A stretch of DNA of 62,832 bases, filler included, from Collodictyon triciliatum (taxonomy: Eukaryota): NCBI GenBank assembly GCA_043381765.1. It is 5 parts of 5 records of this genome, joined end to end, with 100 filler letters (N's around TTAATTAATTAA, not from the genome) between each part and the next. Parts side by side here need not be neighbours in the genome. Positions count along the whole stretch, not along the records: positions 10,436 to 20,760 come from JBHJMP010002719.1; positions 20,861 to 41,989 come from JBHJMP010002720.1; 3 more parts are not named here. One strand, given 5' to 3'. Of this stretch, positions 13,601 through 27,637 are shown in pieces. A program made the translations under genes and the position numbers. The stretch's first letter is position 1. Every line of letters starts with the position of its first letter. The notes beneath the pieces were generated by a model. The model made no database searches and was not told where the DNA came from. It saw nothing but the letters and a program-made list of their open reading frames with translations.

Positions 13601-16600
13601 TATACATCTGATATGTATATGAGTTAATTAGCCGTCTACAATATCGATCGAAGCTATGTATAAAAGGCGGTGTTGGTACTAATGGTGGTGATGGTGATGA
13701 TGGTGATGATGATGAAAATTCAAACCTTTGTTTTTACTATTGGGGACTGCGGAATCTCCAGTCGATAGTATTTGTTATCTGTGCGATGCGAAAATGTGTG
13801 GAAAGGCACGCCCATAGATTGCTTACCCATCTACAAAAAGTACACGTTGTTTATTGTAGTGTCACATGTCTAAAGGAATTCAAGGGGAAAAGAAACTGAG
13901 CAACGAAATTCATTATTTAGTTCTTATTCGAAGCTGAGAGGAAGAATGAAAAAAATTGGTGCTTATTAGGAATCGACATAGATTTAGAAAAAATTCAGTG
14001 TATTTTACACTTTTGTTCTATTAAGGTCCAAATTTACGAAACCAAACAGGCCTCATATGACTTACTTGGCACTGGTACATGTTACGAGGACTCTGATTGA
14101 AATCAGAAAAAGGTGTCAAGGAGGCAACAGCGCTTAAAAAGTTTGTCACTTGAATCTCCTATATCAGTCGCCAGTTTAAAAAAAAAAAATCAATAAGATG
14201 AATACGAACGCGAACATAATACATGTAAAAATCATGTAAATTCGCTTTTATGCGGACATATTGATAATCTCAGTACTGACCTGATGTGTTGTGGTTCCAG
14301 GCTTGAAATCTTCCTTCACGCATGCAATATTCAAGTAAACCTATCGGTAGTTAGAGTAATTCAATCTTAGCGAGAGAGAAAAAAAAAAAGAAAAAATCAT
14401 TTCATGTTTTAGGATGAAATGTGTTATGAATTGCCTGTTCGAAAGAACCGATATTCTCCACTTTGCCCGTCCCTAAATGTCGAACAGGACGAACCATTCT
14501 TGCCAGCCCAGTAAACAAAAACAATCCTGCATATAGTCCCTAGTGATAGTGAATAGTAAGCTTAATCTCCATGATTTCGACATGCAAAAAGTGTATCCTT
14601 GTATGATGATGTGACGGAGCGGACATTCAATCATATCGGCAGAAAAAATATATGTAAACGTGACACAATAGTCACATGCTGAGAAAGAAAAGAGCTTTTT
14701 GAAAACCACATGTCCGATGTTTCATTCAATGATAAGATGCGTGAAGGATTACTCACTCCCTGGGACGGCATGATTAGCCCTATTTCCAGGTTTTGGGGAA
14801 TCTGACCAAATACAACGCATCATATGAGATTTGACAAATAAATCAAAATCAAGTCAATGGGATGGCCTGAAGAATAACGCAAAGCTTTGTTTGACTCTTT
14901 GAATTAATTGACATGGAATTAAGAAATTAAAACATCAGATTACTTTTTCTGCTTGGAGGACTTTTGCCATACGAAGGCGCTCACTGAAAGCCATAGCTTG
15001 TGAAATCTTCAGTCGTCCAACGTGCTTACCATCCAACAGCTGATAAACGTAGAATGAGACACACTTTTCTGCAGATGGGCCTTTAAAAAAAAAATATAAA
15101 AAAGGCGAAGAAATAAGAACATCACTGACCACATCCAAGAATTGGCCGTTACTGGGAATGAACGGGTGAATTGGGGACATGCCATAACGAATTAAAAGCT
15201 CGTACAACCTAGAGGCGTCTGCCTGTCTGGTAATAATCTGTTTTGACCAAGTCAGTATCTTGTTCAGAAATGAGAAATATTTGCAAAGTATTCACGTTCA
15301 AAAATATATTAACAAAAGTTATGTAGCAGCATAATACTTTTCAGTTTGAGAATCATATTAAAATACGAAACATTTACGGCATATGCACATATGGTGATTT
15401 TAGAAAAATTAATGTAAAATAAGCACCAATTTAGGTTTGCAAATGTATGGTGTTTCTTACTTCACAATTATACGATAGATGGTTCAAGAGACCACACGGA
15501 GCACCGTCGGGTGTGTGGACAGGGCATAGAAAACCTATTAAATGCAACAGGATATTTAATAATATTGAGCTATTGAATATTTGGATTATTGAATATTTGG
15601 ATAGCAATTATTATATGCAGAATAGGTTTCGTGATTTTAAAAAAAATAAAAGAACACGTAACATTCACGTTCAGTTTATGAATAAAATTGTTACTATTAG
15701 CAAATTCATGGAGAGAAAAAAGAACAAAAAAGTAAACAAACCCCATGACTCCGGCAAGAGCTTTCTTACGGAGCTGGTTCTCATAGTTGTAAAGAATTGA
15801 CCACGGTGAAGACCGCGGAAATGGCTCAGATATCGAAAAATGTTAATCTTTTCTGCGACAATGGTAAATCCAGTTGCCTGTGTTCATAGTTAGAAACATG
15901 ACCAATAGGTCAATTATGAATACAGATAAATCTATGAAAAAAAGGTTCATCAAAAAACTATTCGGAGAGCTATAAATGAAAAGCTCTTTTCTTATGGTCA
16001 TGGTTTTTGTGGTGTAGCAACTAACCTGCATCAAATCTAATCCTGTAGGTGATATCAAGTTACCAGTAGAGAGCAAATATTGCATTTTAGCTCCAATATC
16101 AAATCTGGCTTTATCGCACAGACGTCGGAATTCTGCCACTGTGTGTTGTATTAAGGAAATTTATTACCACGATTAAGAAGAAAAAAAAGGGATAATAAAG
16201 TTCATGTAGTAAATGGCTTACATGAGTAATTGCAAAAAAAAAAAAAAAAAAATGGTTTTACTGTAATTAATATACTCAATTAACCGAAGCAAAGAAAAGA
16301 TCCAGTGATACGATATGAAAAGTATGAACCATAACAAAGTACAGACCATCTGTCAGTACGCTGCTTCCTTTTTGAGTACGAGCTTCGCGATCAATCAAAC
16401 TTCGAACAGCAAGCATCCATTCATACAATTTTTCCTATAAATTTGAGAAAATAAATCCTAATTGTATCAGAATATTATATTGAAGTTGAGCGAATGTGCT
16501 ATGATTTTTGGAAAATATACAACTATCATGTTCCAAAAAAAGTCATTTATTACCTTGAGAAGTATTCCATAAAAGACTCCAGGAAGCAGAACTTCATAAT

Positions 16601-19600
16601 TCATGGGAGAATCGAAATTGTCTGCAGCACATTTTCCCTATCATATTGTCAAATTATTTAATCAAGAAAACGAAACCATACAGAAACAATCCATTTAATT
16701 CTATCATCAGCAGTATCAGAAAGAGTAAAATATTACGGACACAAATCCATAGAGCTTTTTGACCATCAGTCTAGATTAACGTATTTACATAATGAATGCA
16801 TTTGTTAAGAAAAAAAGTTGAAGTTAAGGTCAATATGCACAATTTTAAAAAAAAATAATCGGATATTACATAAGAGAATCATATTTTTCCCGAAAGTCTT
16901 GCAGATGGACCAGAATGTATTGCTGTAATAGAAGCTTCCCGCACTCAACGTCCGATAAGCGGATAGGGTAGTATAGAATAGAGCGGAAGCGACTTCCTAC
17001 GGACAAGTTAAATATTAAATTCAATAGAAAAGACTTGCACAGGGATTTTATCAGCAAGTTGACATTCTTTCAAAAAAATTGCTGATGTGATATTTTTTCT
17101 TTTAATTCTTTTCATTATATGAGTCGTAAGGTATGTTTCCGTACAAAATAAATGAATAAATAAAAGGTTGAATCCATAACCAAACCCAATATTTGTAAGG
17201 CTTGCTCTTGTGAATAAAGGGAGAATTTGCCACCGTCCTTTATAAAAGAAGTAACACGTTCCTATATATGAACAATTATAATAAGTAAAGGAATATTCAT
17301 TCAATAAAAAAATATAAATAAAGGTGTGAAAATCTCCAATCAAATTCTTACAGTGATGAATGTGTTGTCAACTTCTCCGTCTACCAGTTTTTCGTATATT
17401 TCACGATCGGAAGTTTGTTTAAGAGCCTAAATGGTTTCTCATTGAGACGTGTAGATAATTTTTTTATCTTTTTTCCTTTCAATTTGTGCAAGGTGATGGA
17501 GATTTTGGCAAATATGTAGATAAAGTTCTCATTAAATAATTTATGTGTGCTCTACTCTTGAATGTGTTTCATATTTAAATAATGCACCTTCAACAAAATT
17601 AGGACATGAATGAAATATTCTTGCTTTCTGATTAAGAAGCGAAGATTGCAAACACCGTTGCTAATGAATAATATAAAGTAAACTTGAGACAGGAGGGATT
17701 TACAGTTTCAGTAATATATTACTTTTGATTGCTTCGTTCATTACACCAGGGATTTGATAGAACTATGATTTTGTCTTTTGAGATTATTGGGTTAAATGAA
17801 AGAGCATTTAGTTTTCACCTCAAGTAGTGAATTGTGATAGTATTGCTGGATTGGTCCGGGCGCGTGCACCTATACAGTCAGATTACATATCATTCAAAAT
17901 TGCTGGAAGAACTACAGTGTCGCCTTCATCATCTCCATCACCATCAACATCACCATCTGATTCTTCATATTTATACGATTTCAATCGTCCATTTACCTCA
18001 TCTGAACAGCTTTTGTGGTGTAGAAATGGCCACGATGGGCATATCCAGGTCTATCGAAGCAAAATATCTACGTTGGTTTATCATATACAAGAAATTGAAT
18101 GATTTGATTAGGACAAAAAAAAAATTGATCTAAATCACTATGATCAAGACCTGGCCAAAAAGGTTAGGAATTTGTAAATGAAGATTTTGGTGCAAAATAT
18201 GAACACGAAGCGAATTTATTTTTCTTTTAAATTGTTGATTTTGTTTAGAAATTAAAATAAAATTGGGTAAGAGGAACAGAGAGGGTTGTGTAATACCGTA
18301 TATTGTGGGATTGAAAACAAAAACATACGTAATGTCTACGGGGTATGACAAGTAAACGGATGACTTTTTCAAGCCCGTTAACTATAAAGTATCCCCCTTG
18401 CTCGTTCTCTTCTTCTTTCGCTTGGATAAGTTCATGAGGCTTCATTTTTTCCAAATGACATTTTGAAGACTGTAGATAAGAGTTAAAAAAATGAGTCTGT
18501 GTATCTCCAAGTGCCTATTTATTATTAATGTTTATTGCTCAAAAAAATTGAGTGAGTGTTGGCATGCGATATTTAAGATGATTTGGTAGTCCGGTAGATG
18601 TGTAGATAAATGTAGACAACAAAAAAAAAAAGATTTTTATAAGAAAAATGCAAGTCTGGATGTATTCTATTTTGTAGGAAATATCAGGTCATACGACTAC
18701 GTACTCGAACCATTATTGGGATTGATCCGAGTTTCTTTTGGAAACGAATAGGTTCATCGTCATTCAACTGACAACAAACCGTCACAACGACAGGACCATT
18801 GTACGTGACCCCACGCTCTCTGCACTACATTTCAAATACAATTATTTTATATTTAACTATTCATTCACAGGAAGATTGATCAATAGGCAGTGTCTTCATC
18901 TTAAAAGATAAAAAAAAAAAAGAGGATGAATTGTCATAATAATAAAAAAGCATAGCGATTGAAATAGTCTTAGTATTGTATGTGATGTGGTGTGGTTCCA
19001 TTATCCATAGTGAATAAAAGGGAGGAAATTCATAGATTTGTACACAACATGCGATATTATGAGGTAAGGAATAGAAAAGGAAAAAGGAACCTCATTAGGC
19101 ATCAAACGATGGTTTGCTGCTTCTTCTGTTTTCATGGGAGGAGATATTTCCATTTGCTCAATCCAATGTGAGCATAGAGAGAATAAGCAGTCAAGGATTC
19201 AAGAGAAAAATGTATATAAGCTCATGAAAGTAGAAAAATAAAAACATATGGGACTTGATGCAAAGTTCCGGTGCGATTTTTAATATCACATAGTCATATC
19301 TCGCCTCACTTTCCATGATTATAAGCAAATAGATAGATGTATAAACAAGCAAACAAGCAAACAAGCAAACTTCATCGTAATAGAGAAGGTCACATACTAG
19401 TTAGGTTGAGGAAAAAGTATGCTGCCTCTTGAAAGAAAATAGATGACCAGAGAAATGAAAGGAACGAAATGAAGAACAAAACATTGGATATAACTCAAGC
19501 GTGGGCTATCCGTTTTTTTTTGGTATTCCACAGGAAGGATGTCTGAAATCATCAGCGGGATCTGCTCCTCCATAAAGAAGCGAAAACTGTCCACATGAGG

Positions 19601-19729
19601 TCTGAAGAGAAACTCAAGCTGCTCACGGACTAAGTTCTGATCCATCGGCAAGACTTTGTTGTCGTGGATGTCGCCGATTTCTCCGGGGGACAAGGCCTTT
19701 CGCGCAGTGCTTTTTTTCGTCTTCTCCAT
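10677..19729 (-). CDS. RPA2: DNA-directed RNA polymerase I second-largest subunit, about 30 introns, 3' end lost at scaffold edge
   Basis: Spliced motifs [106 protein letters not shown] and a CSAC zinc-finger start. STGNL..GLDL and [12 protein letters not shown] are Pol I-type. Confidence 0.95.
14341..14434 (-). other. GC-AG intron in RPA2
   Basis: CAG|GCAATT...GATAG|GTT joins IGSFEQ to VYLNIAC in frame. Confidence 0.85.
19168..19491 (-). other. U12-type AT-AC intron (first intron of RPA2)
   Basis: 5' end ATATCCAA, branch site TCCTTGAC at 19197-19190, 3' end CAC. Removal gives [16 protein letters not shown] in frame. Confidence 0.88.
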
Positions 19730-20145
19730 CGCTCTTCAATAACGAAGCCGGTGCCTCTTTGCTGGATGGTTTTATATAATTAAGAGAGGGCTGTCGACTT
19801 GCTAACCTTTTTTATCTCCTTTATTGGATTCGAGTGAAGCGCTTCTGCATATTTTTTTTCAATAGTCAATCTTTTTTTCTTTTTTCGATTCTTAAACATT
19901 CCAACTTAGTCACCGCAATTTATAAAGCATGTTTTTTCTTTTTTCTCTTTTTTTTCTCTTTTTTTTCTCTTTTTTTTCTCTTTTTTTTCTCTTTTTTTTC
20001 TCTTTTTTTCTCTTTTTTTTCTCTTTTTTTCTCTTTTTTTTCTCTTTTTTTTCTCTTTTTTTTCTCTTTTTTTCTCTTTTTTTCCCTTTTTTTCTGTTTG
20101 GCTCGACAAAGATAGGAGGCAACATGCTGAAGCGCTGGCTTGTAT

Positions 20146-20648
20146 TTTTACTCAAACCATCGCGCAAGGGAGAAACGAAATAGCCGCTGGGAGGAAAGCT
20201 GCTCCTTCTTTAGACAGCGGTTTGTTGAGCAGAGAATGTATCCGCCCAGACAGAACCGCTGCTGCTCGGGAAGGACATCGGCCTTTGTGCCGTGCGCCTC
20301 TCGCATCCTTGTGTGGCTTTGGATGTTGGCCGGTTGTGGTTGGTGGCGAAGGAGGCGGCCAAAATGAAATCTGCAAAGACCACAGCTTCCACATTTGATA
20401 ATCCATACTGGAATTCATTATAATAATTAATTATGTAATTTCTTGATTGATAAAGTATACTCTTACAATAAAATTATTACTTGATGTTAATTTATAATAC
20501 AAAAATAATATGGTGCCTAAGATTACAACTGAAATTGCATTGCCCGCTTTGAAATGGATCAGTGCCGTGTGTGGCTGATGCAGGAAACCGTTGTGCTTTA
20601 GTGCTTTTCCTTCCTTGGCAAATTCCAAATATGGCCTCTCAACAGCCT
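20146..20648 (-). CDS. Probable 3' exons of an unidentified gene truncated by the scaffold end
   Basis: Two GC-richer exon-like blocks (KAVERPYLEFAKEGKALKHNGFLHQPHTALIHFKA, and ~20372-20150). The frame of the last exon is unresolved. Confidence 0.35.
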
Positions 20649-20760
20649 TCAAAAACAAAAACAAAAACAAAAACAAAAACAAAAAACAAAAAAACAAAAA
20701 AACAAAAAAACAAAAAAACAAAAAAACAAAAAAACAAAAAAACAAAAAAACAAAAAAACA

Positions 20761-20860
20761 NNNNNNNNNNNNNNNNNNNNNNNNNNNNNNNNNNNNNNNN
20801 NNNNTTAATTAATTAANNNNNNNNNNNNNNNNNNNNNNNNNNNNNNNNNNNNNNNNNNNN
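20761..20860. other. Artificial scaffold spacer
   Basis: N44-TTAATTAATTAA-N44. Confidence 0.97.
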
Positions 20861-20935
<75 letters not shown>

Positions 20936-21248
20936 GTTATTATTGTTATTATTGTTATTGTTATTGTTATTGTTATTGTTATTATTGTTATTATTGTTAT
21001 TATTGTTATTATTGTTATTATTGTTATTATTGTTATTATTGCTATTGCTATTGTTTTTTCATCCTCCTATTATCCTGACTGATATTCATATCCTAACGAG
21101 GAATGAGCGGATCTGCTACCGGCGGCCAAAAAGGTTTTTTTTTTCTTTTCCTTTTCTCAAAGGCGTTCTTTACTGCCGTCGATCCACGCGGGCACAGATC
21201 ACTGTGAAAAGACCTTTTCTTTTCGTCTGTGGGGAAACGTAGCAGTTT

Positions 21249-22250
21249 ATGTCACATATTTCATTCTCCTCCCGCCACCGCAATGCAGAAGCCAGTCTTG
21301 GAACTCGTCTGCGAACAAAGTCTCAGGGCGTTTACTCCAATCTTCGTCCGGGCTCCACCACCGTCGAATCGCCTGTGAAACAGCAGCCTGCAGGATCAGA
21401 CCTACCTGTCCGCTCCCGCATCGCCACACAGTATTTTGCTGTGGAAAAGTGAGATACAATCATTTAGATGGAATGACAATAATGAGCTATTGTTATTAGC
21501 CAGTGATAAGGAGCAACATCAATAGATATATCATGTTTCATGGTATCCTGTATGCAAATAAGAAGTTGTAGCCATGCGAGCCATGAACTATTCTTTGTTG
21601 ATTGGGATGGCTTGGGTTATTGTCACAGTCAGTTTATTGCAGGCCGGCTGCTCCAATATCGTCACCTGATGAACCCTCGAGATCCCCGTCGAACGAAAAT
21701 GCCACCCCTCAAGGAGGTTTCTCACAAAAACGTGTCCATCTATCTTTCCCTTCTTCATAATTTTTTTTCCTTGTAGCTGTTCTTCACATTCTTGTTATTC
21801 CAGATTCTCAACCAACACGGGCCCAGCCTAAAATCACCGTCTATGAGGTTAATTCTTCGCAATTAAATACACCGGCGACTCAAGGTACATTTCGTAATAA
21901 TTATTGGTCAATAAAAATGTTTTTTTTTTTTTGCTTCTGAAGTAGCATAGACTCGAATGAATAAAATAAAATAATGGATTCCTTTGTCACTATTATTTCT
22001 AGTGACGATGTCTCCTATTACAACTGTGGATATGTCGCAACTCGGTCTGGTAACTCGAGTTGATGGTTTGTTAACAAATAATTATATGAACAAAACTTCT
22101 TTGATTATGATTATAATTATGATTATGATTATTATTACTATGACTATGATTATGATTATGATTATTATGAATATGATTATGAATATGATTATGAATATGA
22201 ATATGATTATGAATATGATTATGAATATGAATATGATTATTATGATTATG

Positions 22251-22345
<95 letters not shown>

Positions 22346-25300
22346 GTCTATGTCTATGTCTATGTCTATGTCTATGTTATATTTGAATGAGATATGGTGC
22401 CAATCTTCTTTTTCTATCTTCTCCCTTTTCTTAATTTTTTCAACACTTTCCTCCATTATTCTGCGTTGAAAGTTAAAGTCAATTTCGCCGTTGATTTCGC
22501 CGTTGATTTCGCCGTTGATTTCGTTCTTCTCACAAGTACACACGTATCTCCAAAGGAAACATCAAGAAAGACAACATCGATCGATCCAACTGGACAGCCA
22601 TGGCCATGAGACGACATCCAGAGGTGTTAGAAATCTGTGAACGAGTTCGCCCAGTCAGTCGTGCCCTCAGCTTTGGAAGGCTTTACAACGTCGGAACCAC
22701 GGAAGTGAAAGAAACCCTCTCCAGACATACCATATATCAACTTATAATGCAGCATCTTCAATTTGAGGGGATGCGAATGTCTCGCGCGCAGATAGAAGAT
22801 GAAACTAAAATCAAATGTTTAGAAATTATTCCTATTACATTTCATTTGTTTATTTTTTTAACGCCATTATCGATTTATCATACATTTTCTTTTTCTTGGA
22901 TGTTTAATTGTCTTTTATATACCTAATTGTTTATATCTTTATCATTTGTTATGCACAAAATTACAAAGAAAAAATAATGATTAAATTCACAATTTTGTCC
23001 AAATTATTATCTTTTGTTTGTCTATTTGTGTTTAAATCTAACTTGATAAAGCTCATCCAAACCTTGACGATTCTACGACATGTAAAACTATATATTTTTT
23101 TTATCATAAAACACTAACTTCATTCTTTCCCGATAGACTGCAACGTCGATCTTCCTGAAAGTAGATTAGTGACCCTCTTACGCATGGCCATCAAAGATAC
23201 TGACAAAGTTTTCGACCTTACCATGGGTATGACGAAATATCGACTTTAACACATACCATTTTGTTTGTTCTAATACAGGCCCTTTTTTTCTCTTGTTATC
23301 TTTTTTAGAAAAAGACAAAAATTTTAATAAACTCTCAGCTTTACTCTCCCCATGCAACTCAATCACTGCTTAAAATGCACACAGATAACGATGATGAAAG
23401 CCTCGATGATAGAGAAGTTGAGCTCTCCAAACACTTACATGGCCTTGGAGTGGTCAAGAAAGGTGCTTTGTCTTCCTGGATAACCAATAGCGTCAATGAA
23501 GACTGAATACTTATCGTTTTATCTGTATTGACATTCTGTTGGTGTACTGATAAGGAAGCAATCTGAATGCAATATTCATTATTTCCACACAAAATGAATA
23601 GACGAGGACGATGATGTCGACATTTGGGACGAGCCAGATGATGAGTATGGTTAATTGCCCTATATTTGTTCAAACATATTTTCGGATCCAAAGAATCCAT
23701 ATCAGCGATGTAATAAATATAAGCCAAATCCGTGGAATATTGTCCACTTTGTTACACGAAAAAGATGCCGCACAATATTTATCACACTGTGGCTATACGT
23801 GCAGGGGAAAAAATATTACTTACGAACCAGCAGCTCCAGCCGTGCAGGACGCTGTTGAAATTAGAACTGCCAGCTTGAATAAACTTGTAGAGAAAATTAC
23901 TACTGATAAAAGCCCAGGTTTTCCCCTGCATTTATAATAATGACAATGGGCAATTTAAACATTTCTCCTTCCATTGAAGTCTTCTAATTAATCGATACCC
24001 TCTTCCTTTCTTCTCTCTCTCTCCTTTTTAAAAGAAGTTCAAGTGCAAAAAAAAAAAAAAAAAATTAACGATTTTAATTTCTCTCTAACTTGCCATAATT
24101 AGACTCCAATTTTATCAAGACTTTTATCATGACGTATCGCTCCTTTACAACTCCTGAGAAACTCCTTTACAAACTTCTCAGAAGGTCCAACCTATTAGAT
24201 ATAAATAAGCATTTTGTGTGAGACGGTCTGTTGAAATCATTGTCCACTTAAAATGCCCACTAAAAATTTGATTTACCTTCACACAGATACCGTGTCCCAT
24301 GTGAATCTGATATATCTAGTGAGGACCGCTTAATCTGGGAGAGAGAAGTTCAAAGGCCGATCCAAACTAAAGTTTGCAACGTCTTGAAGATGTGGCTTGA
24401 GTCGAACATATACGACTTGGATAAGAAATGGTTCATTGTATTCTTTCTATACTTTTTCTTCTTAATAGGTTTCCTTATAATAGCTTTCATCTGTTTTCAC
24501 AAATCATGTGCCTTTGTCTCAATTGAAGAGAAAAAGGGGAAGGATTGATCTAAATAATTATTTTTTACATAAAAAAAGCTACGATGTTTTGAATCACTTT
24601 GTCGATCACATACTCATCAAAGACGGCTATGCAAATATGTCAAAGCAGCTCGGGACACTGCTATCCAAAAAGGTAAGCAGCTTTGTTCAATACTTTTTTT
24701 TTGTGGAAATATTCACGTAATATATCTATAATGTAACTGGCTGATATTTTATGGTTAAATGCAGGGTGATACAACGAGCCATCATCGAGACTACAGAGGA
24801 CTTTTAAACTCACCCGAACCCAAGGCAACTCGCAATTTTTATTTGGAAAAATAGATATTCCTTGATCTTTTTTTTTCGGTTAAGAATGTTGGCTTTCTAC
24901 TCGTCCACTAATAATAATAATAATCAACGAAACAATCAAACAATCAAACAATCAAACAATCAAACAATCAAACAATCAATCAAACAATCAATCAAACAAT
25001 CAAACAATCAAACAATCAAACAATCAAACAATCAATCAAACAAACAATCAAACAATCAAACAATCAAACAATCAATCAATCAATCAAACAATCAAACATT
25101 CGATTTATTGGCGCAGGTTCCAAGGAATGTATTTTCTCCAACACTCGAGTTCACAGATGTGGATGAAGAAGAAATAGCTCGGCAGTTAACCCTAGTTGAT
25201 TTCTCCCTATTTTCTGCGATTCAGGTAGATTAGTGATGATTTTTAGGTGGTTAAGACACCCTAAATTATATATTTTTATACGAGTGAATCTTGAAACCCT

Positions 25301-26970
25301 TTATAATGTAGTCTTCTGTTTGATTTTCTTACACTTATTTTCTTTGTATGAACAACAAAAAGCCATCCGAGCTATTGAATCAGGTTTGCATCAAAAGCAT
25401 TTTATTCAAAAAAAAATAAGAGAAAGAAAAGAAAGGAAAAGAAATGATAGACTTGGGGACTTTATTCATAAACCATATTAAAAGCAATCATTTTTAATGA
25501 ATTTTTTTTTAATTGCCAGGCGTGGACCAAACCGAAGCTTAAACATCGTTGTCCAAATTTGTTGCGTTTGATTCAGCGATTTAACGACCTCTCTGCGTGG
25601 GTTGCATCAACCATTCTGCAGGAGAGTAAAGTCAAAGGACGCTCACGAATTATGACTAAATTTGTCAAAATTACAGAGGTATTGATTAAATTAATTATCA
25701 TTAGAAGGATATATTTTATTTTAACTAAAATTATAACAAATACTTTAGAACACACAAATTTATAAATAACAAATTCGCTTTGTAAGTGCATGAAAAACAC
25801 AATCACATTTTTATTGCCTACTTAATATGAGAATAATCATCGACCAACCGGGTTTAAAATCTTTATGCTCATTCCAATATAAAAATAAACTGTCCGGGGT
25901 CGTTTCGCTTCGATAACACAGCATTTACTTGCCCTTCGCAACTATAACACTCTCATGGCTATTACATCCGGATTTAACTTCTCTGGAGTTTACCGTCTAA
26001 AATACACAAAAGAGCTTCTGCCCAGACAACAGCAAGAGGTAAATCCACCGTAACAAAAATATATGGACTCCTGATTTGTTGATTTCGAAGAATTTTTATT
26101 ACATCTTCCTTTACTTTATGCATATAAAATATTAACCAATAATTTTTTACTTCTTCAACGAGCACTTCGCCCCCAATAGGGAATGATTTATTTTTGAGCG
26201 ATTGATTATTATCATCATTACTATTATTTTTGAAGGTTTTGCAGTATCACGAGAAATTGCTTTCTACTGACGGTTCGTCGAAGGCCTATCGCATGGCTAT
26301 GAAAGCAGCCGAAAAGCCCAGCATACCAATCATGTAACCCCACTTATTTACCAGTTCTCGTATGGCTCGAATAGTCATCCATTCATCCTGAATCTTTTTG
26401 TAATCAACTGTGGTATATTTAACATCTGCGTTGGATTCCAGAGGCATCCACCTCACGGACCTTGTTTTCATCGAAGAGGGCAATCCAGATAGTATCGAAG
26501 GATTGATAAACTTTTCCAAGTGCAAACTTGTCTACAAAACCATTGAGGTAAGTCATACAAAATGCTGCAGATTCGCAGCCTAACCAGTGGCTCTGAAATC
26601 GGCCACATGAAAAGATTCGATATGTATTAGTAGATTCCACTACAACACAACTAATCGATTAATTTTACAATATAGGAGTTGCGAACCTACCAGGAGACGG
26701 CGTACAATTTTGTTCCCGTTATTCAGGTAATGAGAATTCACTTGCTTGATATTAATATAATCCATAAAGAAAAATTGAAAGTATTAGAATAAGAAAACAA
26801 ACAAAACAAACAGGAAAAAAAAAGGGAAAAAATGAAAGGCTTACAGATGAAACACTTTGCAGATCCAAAACCTGTTCAGCAACTTTCCGCCTCGACTTGA
26901 TGAGCAATCGCTCCATCAATTGTCTCTTGTGTTGGAACCGCGCGGTGCCGAGCGGCACGAAATCGCTTAA
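21249..26970 (+). CDS. Ras guanine-nucleotide exchange factor (LisH-like + REM + CDC25 domains)
   Basis: LisH-like [59 protein letters not shown]25 [62 protein letters not shown]. About 19 exons, including a GC-AG intron (24825-25116) and a 21-nt microexon (25363-25383). Confidence 0.92.
22082..22377. repeat. Compound intronic microsatellite (ATGATT/ATGAAT, ATT, ATGTCT)
   Basis: Directly visible tandem repeats. Confidence 0.9.
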
Positions 26971-27637
26971 ATCAATCAGAGCACGACATTAAATGATTAG
27001 TTGATTCGATGGCTCATGCTTCTTTTGTTTTGAACATGAAAGTGATGTTTATTTTTTCTCAGGGCTGCTTCTTCATTTATTTTATTTTTTTGGGTGGCAT
27101 AATACTTTCATCGATATTCTCTTCTCCCAAATACATCATTGAAGAGGTAAAATTGGAACATGGGATTTTTTTTATTTTTTTTTTGCGATTTGATATTATT
27201 TTATTTATTTCAAGTATAAACAAATCATAAGCAATATCGGTATTTTTCTTTTAAAAGAGGAGAAAATACGTTTCAAACCATGTAAAAGAATTTCTAATTA
27301 AATGCCTTTAAGATCTCTCAACAACATATGGCTCGCATAAACCAGAAACAAAATCGATGCACACATATCGAAAATTATGTTGGTTTTCTTTTTCTCCTTT
27401 TTTTTTTCTTCTTTCTTTCTAGTCAATCCATGAAGCGTTGTGTTTTCGAATCTTGTAATTAAGCCGTTTAAATTAAGTGAATGCTAAAGCAGAAAAGGAG
27501 AAAAAATTGAGAAAAATGAAAGGTACTTATCATCCGCAAAAAACAGGACGGCGAAGAAAAAAAAAAAAGAATAATTATTGCCTTCACTTTCAGAGAAGAA
27601 TAAAGAAGAGGGGAAAAAAAAACGAGGGCGTATTGTT

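Noticed and set aside
16771-16869. RPA2 intron with ATATCC at +4 and CCTTAAC/TTCTTAAC inside (possible U12 or U12-to-U2 relic)
   Set aside because: GT-AG splicing gives the right protein and the AT-AC alternative creates a stop. Relic status cannot be supported without orthologues.
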